DNA of 64,000 nt. Source: the human T2T-CHM13v2.0 reference genome, Homo sapiens. Below are positions 13,492 to 26,350 of the stretch, in pieces. The notes under the pieces were generated by a model, which ran no database searches, was not told the DNA's origin, and saw only the letters and a program-made list of their open reading frames with translations. Within the stretch, counting starts at the first letter, position 1. The number at the start of each line of letters is the position of its first letter. The stretch is taken from assembly GCF_009914755.1 (NCBI RefSeq), contig NC_060942.1. One strand, 5' to 3'. The position numbers and the translations under genes are program-made.

Positions 13492-14035
13492 GACTGAAGC
13501 CTTCTTAAACAGGCTTATGCTTTGCTTGGAACTCTCCTCAGCTACCCACCGGTTACTGCTGTATTTGCAGCCTTGCACGTGACAGATGGAAGCAGAAGTT
13601 TCCCCGTGGGCACTCAGGATGCTACTGGGTGCAGACATGCCACGTAGACTAAGACTCATTTCTCTGGACACCCTCTAACTGCCACGGGCAACTGTGACTC
13701 ATGATGGAACTCCCACCAGCGAGGTGTAGACGTGTAGTAGAGTCGTCGTAGGCAGCTCCTGTAGCCACCTGTGCGGGGTACGTTGGAAGCTCTAAGATGA
13801 CTAAGAATTGGCAAACTGGGACATGAAATCACAGTGATCTGGGAAAAGCGTCGACATGGATGATATCTGGTTTGTTTTCTGTACAGGGGGAGTGTGTTCT
13901 TGGAGTGAGACTAACTGAGAAGATCTTATCCAAGGCAGGGACCAGGCTCTGCCTCCCCGAAGAGCCCCTCAGTAAAGGCATCAGGATGAAGACTAGAAAA
14001 GTCTGTGCGTTTCTGCAGGGTTTAGTGCTGGGGGA

Positions 14036-14617
14036 GGAGCTAGGATTTGGGGGGAGGGGAGTGTCTTCTTAAGAAAAAAGTACAAAATCATGAATGCAAA
14101 ATCATGAATGCAAAATTAAGTATGAGGGTGACTGCTTGTTTAGTATGAGAAAGAAATCACAACAGAACAAATCTTAAAAAACTGAAAATGTGGCAGAATC
14201 TCAAAAAATAACTTGATTTTTAATTTGTTGCCTGACACATCTGTTTTCCTGCATCTTTGGCTGCACAGGAAGGTAATTCAGTCATTCCTTTAGCCTGGGT
14301 CGTGGGAAGTGGTTGTTTATTCCTGATGGCTGGGTCCAGGAAATACCTGGCCTCACGCACTGTCCAGCTTCCCCTCTGCAGTCTGCACAAGGCTGCAGGC
14401 CCACGACGCTGCCCAGGCAAAGAGGCTTGGGGCTGGGATGCGGCCACGCAAGATGGGAGGTGGCCGCGGTGTAAACTTCCCCTGGCCAGGAAGAGCAAGA
14501 GTGCCGTAGTTCTGCCATTTTGGAAGCCCACATGGACACAGGGTCCCCAGGGCTCTGGAAGGGCCAGCGCAGGCCAGGGGCCCTGAGGCTTCACCTGCAT
14601 GTAGCAATCCACCTCTG
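14036..14617. mobile_element. DNA-transposon relic, Arthur1-like (hAT-Tip100)
   Basis: TTAAGAAAAAAGTACAAAAT...GAGAAAGAAATCACAAC...TGCCTGACACATCT, and a terminus AGGGGCCCTGAGGCTT...AATCCACCTCTG. Confidence 0.6.
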
Positions 14618-14896
14618 TTTAGGGCCCTGCCAACTATGATAATTGTCCTTGTTATGTGAGTAATTGATGCTTCTGTATTAATGGTTTTATTTTATTTTAT
14701 TTTGATTAAAATCTCAGGGGAGCCTCAAATGCATTTCTTAAGAAATTATATAATGATTTCATTATGGAAGAATACGGACACCTTGACCATGTGCTTGGTT
14801 TAATTTGCAAAATTAAATTTTTGTTTTAAACTTTTGGTTATGAAAACATCCACCCTCTTGAACATATCTCCTTGAGTGAGATTAAAGTCCCAGTCC

Positions 14897-15193
14897 TTTG
14901 TTTTTTTAAGAGACTGGATCTGGCTCTGTCGTCCAGGCTGGAATGCAGCGGCACAATCATCGCTCACTGCAGCCTTGAACTCCTGTGCTCAAGGAATCCT
15001 CCCACATCAGCCTCCCATGTAGCTAGGACCGCAGATGTGTCCTACCACACTCAGCTAATTTTTAAATTTTGTTTTGTAGAGGCAGAGTCTTGCTGTATTG
15101 CCCAGGTTGGTCTCAAACTCCTGGCCTCAAGCCATTCTCCTTTCTTGGCCTCCCAAAATGTTGGGATTCTAGGCATGACCCACCATGCCTGGT
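14897..15193 (-). mobile_element. Alu SINE (AluJ-like, diverged)
   Basis: GCTCACTGCAGCCTTGAACTCCTG...TTTTGTAGAGGCAGAGTCTTGCTGTATTGCCCAGG...CATGCCTGG. Confidence 0.92.
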
Positions 15194-17043
15194 AGATTTT
15201 AGGTTTCTTCTTCTCTGATAGGACATGTACATTTATGTTGGAAGCAGAGAACTCAAAGCATTGAATACGAGGAGGTACGCGATGGGTGTTGGGGGCAGCC
15301 CAGCATGCTTCCACCATTTCGAGAAAACTCTATTTCTTGATGTTTCTAACATGTGTGGCAGGGTTGTGGTCATTTGTTTCCCTGCTTTTCTTTGTTGAAT
15401 GTGATGAATATGGTAAAAATAGGATTAAAGTGTTTGATGTCCCCTCCTTGAGCCCAGTGATAGAATTTATCCTTCAAAGATAAATTATGAACTTTTGACC
15501 TTAGGGAATATAAATATCCTTGGAGAGTTTAACGTTTTAAGAAGTCAATTATGGTTTTAATAAGCAAAGCTAAAATTTGCTTACCGTTGCCTAAGTATGG
15601 ATTTAGTTTTAAAGGCTGCCCTCTCTCTCTCTTACACATGGTTTTAGGATCTCAATTTCTGCCTGAAAGTGATATTTCTTAAAAATTTTAAGGATAGTGA
15701 ATCTTACAGATTTTAAGGATAGTGAATCAGCTTTTAAAGAAAAAAAGGCATTGCTCCTTTTTTTTTTTTTGACCTTTGGTCAAGCTTGAAATTTTAGTGA
15801 GTTATATAGATAATTGTGAAGTGTAGAATTTCTGGCTAGGGGCCTGTGAGTACCCAAAGAGGGTTGGGTTGCTTGTGTGCCGCGTCCTGCAGTGGGTCCT
15901 GCCCCCAGGTGCACCGCGAGCCTTTCCTTGCTGTGAACAGTGAGATTTTATGATCTCAGTCCATGGGTTTCTCTCAGCTGGAGCACACTGTTTCTCTCCA
16001 CGTAGCAGCAGCACAAGTTCCTGTTTTGACATTGTGTCAGCTGGTCCTCCTCCCCAGCGGGGGCGCCCGTGAGCTCCTCTGATGCTTCTGGTTGGTCCCC
16101 CACTTAGTTATGTGCCTGTGACTGCGTGGACACTCCCTGCACGAGGGTTTCCTCTTCTCCTGTACCATAAGGTACTTCAACAAAAGGATCCCATTGCACA
16201 ATGTTGCAACCATTACAAGACACAAACCTACTCAATTTTGATCTTAAGAATCAGTAATTTTTAACAGGTTTAAAAACCTGCTATTTAGTTAAATGCATTC
16301 AGAACAGTGGCTCATTTGGGGGTGTTTGTCATTTGTAAGTACGTGGTTTGGTGTAGGAAGATGGAATCCACCTGCTGGGCTCTAGGGGCTCCTGCTGGGG
16401 TACCTGCACCATGGGCAGAGCCCTCATTACATTTTCTGGCCATGGGACAGTCATTTGCCTGTTGGCTGCTCCACGACAATTTTGTTTTCTATCATCAGTC
16501 ACAGGTATTTATTGAGCACGTGTTGTTTTGGATGCTGGGAACACAGTTTCAAACAAAACACGTTCCCATGGAAGTGGGTCGTGTCTCTAGTATGCACCCA
16601 AGGGCTCTGCAGCTTGTGGGATCCAGAGTCCGGAGTGGGCTGGGGGTCTGCTCCTGCAGTCCCGGCATGTTTCTGGGATTAGAAGAGCTATGCTATCTCT
16701 CCCCTGTAAAAGCGATTGGTAGCCTTGTTGTGAGCTTGCAGTTCAGATGGCACCATAGGACTGGCTAGCTGGGGCCTGGCTCTCCTGTGCCATCTGGGTG
16801 GCTACTTGCTGCATCGCTGATGGGGGCAGGTGAGTCTCCCCCTCCGCATAAGGAGTCACGGGCCGGGGGTTGGCGGGATGTGCGTCTGTGCCTGCAGGTG
16901 GGCAAGGAAGCCTGGGGAGAGAGTTGATGTCCGCGGATGGGAAGGGCCACGCTGGCCATTTCATTCTATACCTGGGCTACTAATGTTTATTCCATCTTGT
17001 TTATGGTTCTTTTAGCCAACTTCTTCCTTATTTAGTGACATTC

Positions 17044-17452
17044 ATAACAAATCAATACAAATTAAAACCATAAACAAACCAATAGTTAAAACAACATACA
17101 TTTATTCTCTCCCAGTGCTGGAGGCCAGAACCCTGAGATCAAGGTGTTGGCAAGGCCAGCCTCCCTCTGAAGGCTCCAGAGGAGAATCCTTCCTCCCCTC
17201 TTCCAGCTCCTGGTAGCTCCTGGCAGTCCTGGGTGTCCTTGGCTTGTGGTGCATCACTCCAGTCTCTGCCTTCTCCGTGTGTCCTCTCCTCTGTTGTAAG
17301 GTCACCAGTCTTTGGACTTAGGACCCATCCTGATCTAGTATGACCTCACCCCAGCTTAACTAATTATATCTGCAAACACCCTATTTCCAAACAAAGTCAC
17401 ATTGTGAGGTTCTGGGAGGATATGAATTTTAGAGGACACTATTCAACCCATG
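17044..17452 (-). mobile_element. MaLR solo LTR (MLT1B/C-like)
   Basis: TTTATTCTCTCCCAGTGCTGGAGGCCAGAA...GAGATCAAGGTGTTGGCA...CCTATTTCCAAACAAAGTCACATT...GACACTATTCAACCCA. Confidence 0.85.
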
Positions 17453-18578
17453 AGAGATACCAAAGGACAAAATTACATTATGTCCTGTCATTTGGGCAGC
17501 AGCCTTTATTGAGGACTGGAGGTAGAGAAGTAACCCACTCTGAATCACAGATGTGCTCAGGATACTTTGTCAAGAAAACAGCCATTAATTTGGTTTGATA
17601 ACCAATAGTTGTGGATAACCCATAGTTATCATTGATAATAAGCAACTCACAGAGTGTCCTCTTGACCATGTGGTGTTTTGACTTTGGCCATTGCTGGCCC
17701 CACAGTGACACACGAGCTGGCTGGTCCCAGCAGGGAGTCATCGCATCTACAGGCACTTACTCAGCAGCTGCAAGGAACCTATCACTTTACCAGGTGGGGA
17801 GGGTGGCACAAAAGAAAGGTCCCCAATTGCTTATCCTCAAGAAACTTGCACTGTTTTGATTCCATGGTACATGTTGAAGCAAACTGAGGTCAGTAAATAG
17901 GTGGACCATTTGTCATTCTGAATACATTTCCATGAAATTCGGCAGCTCATTAGCAAAATATTTCTTTTATTTGGTTTGGGCATATTGATTTGGATATCAT
18001 CTTCAAACAAAATGGTAGCTGATGTCTGCTACATAGGGTCCAGCTTTTGTAGAATAAATATCAGCAGAGCTGTCGTTATTAGATTTGGTAATGACAGAGA
18101 TGTGGGCAGTTCAGCAGTGAGCAGTGGTGACTTAAAGTGAGAGAGGGTTGGGTGAAGGGTACTAGCTGATTGTTGCTTGGATTTTATGGCCATAATGCAT
18201 GGTGTTTCCATAGCTTATACTTATTCGTTTGAAGCAGATCTGTTCCTAATATCCGTGGGTCCTGAGTCTTGAAATTCTTTGCTTTCCAATTCTGTCTTCC
18301 TCCACCCCTAGAGGGGCCTCCTAGTGAACATGTGTTGCTCTATCCTGCATGTCACTCTGCTGTCCCTGAGGTGCACACACTGGGGGTGCTGTGGTCATGC
18401 AGGAGAACAGCCCGGGGGATGGGGCCGGTGAGGTCTGGAGGCAGATCAGAGAGGTCCTGGGTGCAGATACCTGGAGCACAGCCTAGGATGCAGCTGGGGC
18501 ATGGCTGGCACCTTTCTGTGGGGTTCTGAGGCCAGTCGGGGACAAGAGGGGTACTGCAGGCTTACCCGGGCTGGCCCA

Positions 18579-19804
18579 TTTTAACTCTTCGTGGACTTTT
18601 GTATCACCCCTGGGTAAGGTTGTCATTCACACCGTAAAGTGGTGTAGCTCCGATGGTTTCCAGTTCATTCTTCCAACAGCCATTGTTGAGTGTCTGTCGT
18701 ATCTGAGGCATTCTACTGGACATTTTGAGAAATGCAATGATGAGCGGGACGGATCTTGCCCTCAGTGAGCTTGCAAGTCTTGTTGGGGAAAAAGACGCGT
18801 GTGTATACCTCTCTTAATGAAGTGGAAAGTGATAGATGTTACGGGGGCATTCCAGATAACTTGTTATGGGGAGTCAAAACCCAGAAAGATACTGCTTGTC
18901 TGGGTGGGCTGAGGGGTGGGGAAGATGAGGAGATCAGGGGCTTTGTGGAGCAGCAGCTTGTGTGTGGTTTGAAGGATGAATCAATGTGGGTTTGTCATTG
19001 TAAGCAGCAGTTGGAAAAGGGTCTCCTCCTTGTGGCGTTTGTTTGTGGATTCAGTAGGACTAGCTGAGGAATGTTCAGATTTAGGAGAATGACAGGCACC
19101 ATGTATTTTCACCTGTAACATCAATCTTTTGACTTAGCAACCCTAAATTAGCCTGAGAGTCCAACATTTTTTTATGTACTATGTGTGCATAGTCCTCCTT
19201 TGAGTTGAACTTGGATAGTTTTGCCTTTCCTCAACATTATTAATAGGGTCTTGGTACAGACTTTTCAGTTATAACACAACATGTACGTCCTGAAGGAACA
19301 GGGCTTATGGAAAAAATAGAGCTGGGGCCAGGCCGCTCAAACTCCATGTAGCTTGGAAACAGTATAAAAAAATACATGATACATTTCTAATACATAAAGC
19401 AATATTATGGTAAGTATGGGGTTTTATATTAGGAAAAAGCTTGTTGGAAGGGGATGAGGTTGCTTGACTAGCTAGATCGGAGCAGGAAGGAGCAAGTGGA
19501 AAGCAGGTTGAAGACAGCGTGGTGGAGCTGCACTGTCGGGGGAATAGGCATCGTGCTCGGAGTTCCGGGTTCCCTTGCACCCCAGAAAATTCTGAGGCTG
19601 GTGACCTTTGCTGTCGGTGGCCCTTCCACCCACGGTTGTGCCCCTTTTAACTCTTCCTGGACTTTTATATCACAACCGGGTAAGGTTGTTATTCACACCG
19701 TAAAGTGGTGTAGCTCCGATGGTTTCCGGTTCATTCTTGCAACAACCATTTTTGAGTGTCTGTCCTCTCCAAGGCATTCTACTGAACATTTTGAGAAATG
19801 CAAT
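18579..19804 (+). repeat. Dispersed direct duplication: 160-bp copies at 18579-18738 and 19645-19804
   Basis: Ungapped manual alignment at offset 1066 with 15 mismatches in 160 bp. Confidence 0.93.
18663..18990 (-). mobile_element. L2 LINE 3' fragment
   Basis: TTCATTCTTCCAACAGCCATTGTTGAGTGTC...AGGCATTCTACTGG...TGCCCTCAGTGAGCTTGCAAGTCT resembles the antisense L2 3' end. Confidence 0.6.
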
Positions 19805-20316
19805 AATTTCTTAAATGCAATGATTTCTCAGTGATGTGGCGCATTCCTGTGCTGGAAAAAGCATGTGTGAACCCATGGGCTGTCACCTAGACTGATATGA
19901 CAGTGGCCCCTGTTGGCTGGTGGAGGAGGCGCTGGCCTGGTTACAGAGCCTGCCTTCTGGCAGGTAGACCAGGCCGGCTTTCTCCAGTGCGGTTGGGCCG
20001 GAACCCCGGGATGGTGAGCCTTTCTTTGTGGTCGTTGCTCTGCCAATCTTGAATCCGTCCTTGCTTTTTGCTGGCATAAAGCGCTTTGGGTATGCTGTGT
20101 TCTGCAGGCTCAGTGCAGCGTTGAGCTTCAGTGCCCCGTGTTTCCTGGGGGATGAGGTTCCCGGTGAGTCTCCCTGTTATGACTTGAGACAGTGGATAAT
20201 AGTTACAAAAGGAGGCCTTGGTTTAGTGAGAGCTGGTTCAGGTGGCTGAAAAACACGACCGTTTGACCGAATTCCTTTCAAAGATTTATAATCCAGCCCT
20301 AAATATGTGAACGTTT

Positions 20317-20398
20317 GTCTCTTCTCTCTCTCCTCTCTTTCTCTCCACCTTCCCCCATCTCTCTCTCTTGTCTGTCTCTCCCTCCCTCTTTCTGCCCA
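20317..20398. repeat. CT-rich low-complexity polypyrimidine tract
   Basis: TCTCTTCTCTCTCTCCTCTCTTTCTCTCC..., nearly pure pyrimidine on the + strand. Confidence 0.8.
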
Positions 20399-21793
20399 CA
20401 TGCACCATCTTTCTCTGTCAACACTGAAGGAGAGAACTCTTTTAAAAGTTAATGAACGAGTTGCAGTGGAACCCTATTAGATTTTCCTTCCATTAAATGC
20501 CTGCTACAGACTTCTAGTGGATGTTTTAACTAGGCATTGTTATCAAAAGGACTATTGCACAAATTAAAACCAGGCCCACAATCTATGAAGAGAAACCGGA
20601 TTGACTTTTTGCCTTCAGGTAAAAAAGAAAAATGCATGGAGGAGTTGAACTCCACATTGGTATTTTTAGAAGTTGGATGCGGGAAATAGCCAGTGCCACC
20701 TGAAGCTGTGGAAACAAACAGGAGCTTGGACTTTGCAGGCATACCTCTTTTTAAAGTGAAGACATTTTCAGGAACCCCTGGATTTTTAAGGGTATGTCAG
20801 TGTTAATTTTTAACTATGTAATTGGTATTTTAAATATCTTTTTAGTTTGTACGATGCTGCTGTGCGTGTCCCATTTTTAAACCTGTGGAGCTCTCTTAAA
20901 AGGAAAAGGTCAGGCTTTCCAGGTGCCCGCTGCACCAGACGTGGGCTGTCTCCTTGCAATCACCGCAAGAATGGAGAATTTTTAAAACTGCCAGATTTTT
21001 AGTTTCTTGTTTTGTTCTGATTGATTTTATTTTAGCAAATTTACCCCTTTGTCCCTGTAAAATTTGCTTAGTCAAATGACAGATTTTGTGTTTCACATCC
21101 GGGAAGTCGTTGTCTTATCCAGGCAGGTCCTGGAGTGTTCTTCTATTTCTCCATCCACAGCTTTGTGATAAAGTCACTGTCAGTTTCTATCATAAATTAT
21201 TCATAATCATGGTGCTTAACAAAAGATGCCAAGTTCTCAATGGATGCCCACTCTATGTACCATAACAGAAAAAAAGTTGTGTTTTCTTGTAGTAAGTGTT
21301 GTTCTGATTAGTCTTAGTGTTAAATCTTGGTTAGCACTTGGCTTTGACTTCCACAAATACAATGCTCTGAATCAAATAAGTGCCAGGGGAGCGGGCTTCC
21401 CCTCTCCCCCAGCAAACACCACCTCACCGCCCTTCCAGGCACGTCACCAGCACCGAAGCGCCTTTACCTTATCAGCGTGGATTCAACCAAGACCTGCGCT
21501 TCACGTTTTGCTTCTTGAAAGCCAACATTTTGAAAAGAAAGTCAAACAGAGCATTTGTTAGTTGGGCATTTCCTACGAAAGACCAGCTCCAGTTCTTTGG
21601 AAGGAAATTGGCCAGATGCATGCACTGTTCAGGGCTTGTCTTAGTGCTAAAATGTAGCTAACGTGTGTGGCAAAGGTGAGGAAGTCCTGTGAGCTTCATA
21701 GTGGGAAGCGTCTCTTCTCATCTCAGGGCAGTGGGGATGACGATGGGGGCCTTGGTTCTCTGTTCAACCTCTGATGGGGTGTTTTTGGTTTCT

Positions 21794-21794
<1 letters not shown>

Positions 21795-21832
<38 letters not shown>
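21795..21832. repeat. (GT)19 microsatellite
   Basis: Uninterrupted GT run, counted directly. Confidence 0.95.
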
Positions 21833-21833
<1 letters not shown>

Positions 21834-24723
21834 AGAGAGAAAGAGAGAGGTAGGTCATATCCCTGTATCAGGTCCATCAAAACACACCCCAGTGCAGAAC
21901 TCTTGATCCCTTGATTGCCTGCAAGCTCACAGCACACAGTGATAAGTGAAATCTCTGAGAGTAGATTTAATTTTATGAGCTGTATTATCCAAGAATACTA
22001 AGCCGTGGAGATCATGCTCAAGTCATGGGGTTTAAAGGGGTGATGGCTTCAGTTCTCTGTGTGGGGGAAGAAAGCCTGTGGCCTTTTTTTGTTTTTAGGC
22101 ACAAAGCTAGTTTAATTGAAAGAATAATTTGATTTGCTGCTGCTACAGCAGAAGAGCTTGAGATGTGGCAAATTTTCTCTCCTTTCACCCAAACTCAAGA
22201 ATTTAATGCTAGCAGGTGAACTTCTGAAGGCTGCTATCAAGTAGACAGGACAATAACTGTCTTAAAAGCAGAATTTTGTCAATATTTTTTGCTGTGGGCC
22301 AAAGAACATTCACAATAATGGAGTACTAAAGCCCTGCTTGAAAATGCTGTAGAGGGAGCGGGAGTGGAGGATTTATTCCAAGTTTGAGCCTGCAGTGTTT
22401 TGGTGGTATATATGATTTCTGAATAATCTTTTTGCTCGAGCAAATGGAGGCACCCAGATATAATTTTCTGTTCAGGAAGAGCATTTGGTAGGCATTGCTA
22501 CCCAGGGTTGCTGAACTGGAAGTGCCCTAGGCTGTAGTTTCTTTTCAGTTGCCGCATCGACCCACCACCGACCGTACACCTTCACCAAATGCCAGTGTTT
22601 TCTGACAGATAAAACAGGAGGTGGAATGGCCAGGAGCAGGCCATGCGGTCAGGGCTGAGGCGGTGGGCCTGCTGCTGGGAGAGGTACCCCAGAGGGCCAC
22701 ACTGCTCCTGCCAGGGGGGGCTGTGCCTCTTCTCTCAGTGAGTGGAGTCCCTTTGCCCTTGGTTTTAAATATGCCATTTCACCATGCTTTTGTAGAAAGT
22801 TGGTTAAACAGCAAATTGCACAACCCACAAAATGTAATGGCCTTTATGACTTAAAACAGATGCTAGATTCAGTTGCGTGAATTGCCTTGCCCCTTAAGTT
22901 ATCTTACTTTGAAAAGAACGATTCCCTGAAATTTCACTTTGGAAAACACTGTTTCCCTCATTCTGCTTATGAGAACTGGTGCCTACATTTTTAATGCTAT
23001 TGCAGTAAAGCGATTTTCTGATATAGATAGAGGTGAAGCCATTTTTGTAATTTTTCCAGTGTTCTCCGTATTTGGTATAATTAGAAGGGAGAGACGGAGG
23101 AGCAGTCACACACTCATATGTGAGCACACACACACTCACCCACAGCAGAGAAGCACAGCTTTGTCCTTCTTTTGAAGTGTGAAAAATATCAGTGACCTTA
23201 TCATTAAATATACTTGTTGCTGTATTTATTTGAAATGTTCAGACCTTACTTTTTTTTTTTTTTTACTTCCTGTTCATTTTAGTGGGAAAGGGTGATAGCA
23301 AAAGATTTTATTTATTCAGAGCCACAGTGCAGGCAAAGTGAAAGTAAATCCTAGGCTTCCGGTGCATTCAGAAACCACAGTAAGAAAGCACTGTTTTCTC
23401 AAATATAAAGATAAGCGCACTAGCCAAATAATTTTTTTGAGGAGGTTGGAACAATAGAAGCCATCTAGAACTATTATTTGAGGCTATATATGAAAAATAT
23501 ATGTGAGCTTACAAAAATGTTTCTCATACTGGAAACTGTATCCATCAGGCAGACAAGACTTTCATCATGTTTATAGACAGTGATAGCAATGTAGCTCTGT
23601 CATAATATCAGTGGCCTCAGTAATTGTATTCTACTTCAAGTATAAGGTTCTGATTCTGGCGCAAGTTAATAATTCTGTTTTTACTGAAGACTTTTTCCCT
23701 TCAGAAATATCATATGATGAAGTTGCCTGTGGAAGGTGATCGAAGTGTATTCACCCTCAGGTTCATCTGGAAAGTCCTAGACTGTGGCCCACATGTTTCC
23801 TTCACGCTCACCTTCGTGTGTATTTCAGGCATTACCTTGTGATTGTTTAGATACTCTTATCATTATACATAATCCAAGGGTTATTTATCGTAAGATAGAC
23901 TGAGTAATGCTGAACTCACAAATATGGGGCTGAAAATGTAAACACATTTTTGTAAATCCAATTGACAGTTAATTGGCCCACATTAATGGAGAGTTGAAGT
24001 GAAAGAAAATAGAAAACCACAAATTTCTAAAAGAAATTTTTCCCCTCATTTGGAATCCATTTTATACGTTTATTGGAAGCTAATGTTTCAGTTAACTATG
24101 ACATATAGATATACGTTTACTTGCCTAATTATACTTGCTGTTAACAATACATCATGTGTTTGCCTGTGCGTCCAGCTTTGCGAGTGTGATGGTTTAATTA
24201 CCCTCTGTGGTGTCTGCACGCTCTGCTAAGTCTTGTGTGGGGGAACGGTTAGAAATAGCCGCAGAGGCAAGGATTTAGAAGCTGGTGTGCCGTGAAGCCA
24301 TAGGGTCACCCACCAGCAGCAGTACCAGGCGAGCCACCTCCGCGTGGGAGGAGGCCCAGGTGTCTGCTTCCTAACGCGGGGCCTGAGCCGGGCACCCTGG
24401 GGTGGAGAGGCTTGGATGGGAGCCCCAGATCTGGGCCACTGTGGTCCCTGGGCTACTGGGGGAAAGCCAGGTCCTTCACCGCCCTCCTGCCTACCCGGGG
24501 CTCTGGGCTCCAGGCCGTGGCTGCTCTCTGTCCCTTGTCCCTGCGGCCACCCAGGCCCCACCTGCTACCCGGGCAGGCTGCTCAGACACACATCCTTCCT
24601 AGTGGTCTTCCTGCAACTCCTCTGGTGGAGACCCCGGAGCCACACGGGTTGAGAGCCCTGGGTGCCTCGCCTGCCCCCACGGGGTCCTGGGGAGAGGATC
24701 ATGCCCTGTGGCTCTGCATCGCT

Positions 24724-25622
24724 CTCACCCCTGTGGCGGGTGGGGGCAGCTGGCCTTCTCCCTGCCCTACCCCTGCAGTAGGTGGCGCAGGGTGCAGGCG
24801 GGTGGGTGGGGGGAACAGATGACTTCCTCCTCATCTAACTCCTGCAGTGGATGGGGGTGGCTTTGGGGGGGGGAAGGGTAGGTAACTTCCTTCTCATCTC
24901 ACCCCTGAAGTAGGTAGGGGCAGGTGACCTCCTCGCCATCTCACCCCTATAGTAGGTGGGGGATGCATGACCTCCTCCCTACCTCACCCCTGCAGTAGGT
25001 GTGTTGTGTGGGGGTGACTTCCTCCTCCTCAACTCACCCGTGCAGTAGGTGGGGGACGTATGACCTCCTCCCTGCCTCACTCCTGCAGTAGGTAGGGGTG
25101 AGGGTATGACTTCCTCCTCCTCACCTCACCCCTGCAGTAGGTGGGGGGAGGTTACTTCCTCCTCCCTGCCTCACACCTGCAGTAGGTGGGGGTATGACTT
25201 CCTCCTCCTCACCTCACCCCTGTAGTAGGCGGGGCGGGGGTGACTTCCTCCTCCCTGCCTCACCCCTGCAGTTGGTGGGAGGTGCATGACCTCCCCATCT
25301 CACCCCTGCAGTAGGTGGGAGGGTTGACTTCCTCTTCCTCGTCTCACCCCTCCAGTTGGTGGGGGGCGCATGACCTCCTCATCTCACCCCTGCAGTAGGT
25401 GGAGGACGCATGACTTCCTGCCTTCCTCCTGCAGTAGGTGGGGGATGGGGGTGACTTCCTCCTTCTTGCCTCATCCCTGCAGTTGGTGGGGGACGCATGA
25501 CCTCCCCGTCTGACCCCTGCAGTAGGTGGGGGGTGACTTCCTCCTCCCCCTCTCACCCCTCCAGTAGGTGGGGGGGTGACCTCCCCATCTCACCCCTGCT
25601 GTAGGTGAGTGGGGTGACCTCC
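24724..25622. repeat. GC-rich minisatellite/VNTR, about 20 units of mostly 37-50 bp, core CTCACCCCTGCAGTAGGTGGGGG
   Basis: The core recurs at about 24898, 24940, 24983, 25033, 25076, 25124, 25170, 25213, 25259, 25299, 25343, 25384 and on to 25589, linked by TGAC(T/C)TCCTCC segments. Confidence 0.95.
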
Positions 25623-25679
25623 TGGCTGGCCCTGCCAGGCTCTTCCCTGTCCCCAGTTGCAAGGGTACTCTCCCAGCCT

Positions 25680-26350
25680 CCACGCTCCACGCCCACACCC
25701 TCGCCCCACTTGCCCAGCCCCGGCAGGAGCTTCTCCCCGCAGAGTCCCCAGTGTTTTCTAGAAGCTTTGCCTCCCCCTGTGGGCTCTCCCTTCCGTCCCG
25801 CTCTGTAGCTGGCAGGCGGCCTGTCCTCCCTGCAGCAAGGGGCCAGGGTGGGCGCAAGCCCTCCTGCCCTCCCCGCGTGGACGTGGACGGGGCGGCGCGG
25901 GCCGGCCCAGGGTCCGGGGTGCCTGCAGCGTGCTGGGCCAGCCAGGCGGTAGAGGGTCGGCTCAGCCAGTGCCCATGGCAGCACCTGCATGAGGTCCCCG
26001 CTTCCTGGAAACTGAGCCCGGGAACGGCCTTGGCCCGGGGAAAGCAGGGCTGAGTGCATCTCCCCTCTGAGAGCGTGAGGTGCTAGCAGAGCTCGCGGGC
26101 CGGGCCTTTACCGTCCGGATGGGTCTGGGATGAAGGCCACAGGTCACCCAGAGCGGGACTGGGTCAACAGTGGCTTGATGTCCTGGCACAGACGAGGGTC
26201 CAGGATGGATTCGATTCCTTCGGTGCCTGTGGGAGGGCGGAGGCCTGGCCGCAGTTCTGCAGCCGACGAAGGGTGGTCTGAAGACCCCCGACACCTATTT
26301 CAGTGCCTGTGCCCTCAAGATGTACCAGCCCCGGGCGTGTTTGCGGGGAC
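25680..26350. promoter_or_regulatory. Intronic CpG-rich, island-like patch
   Basis: About 25 CpGs counted in 25801-26160 on a roughly 70% GC background; borderline by the usual island criteria. Confidence 0.5.

Noticed and set aside
16050-16070. CTCF-like CCAGCGGGGGCGC
   Set aside because: One base short of the core spacing (CCAGCAGGGGGCGC), so too weak to call without data.
24724-25622. CRISPR-like look (conserved ~23-bp repeat with variable intervening sequence)
   Set aside because: The apparent spacers are homologous to each other (TGACTTCCTCCTC variants), the repeats are degenerate, there are no cas genes, and the context is a primate intron. It is a minisatellite.
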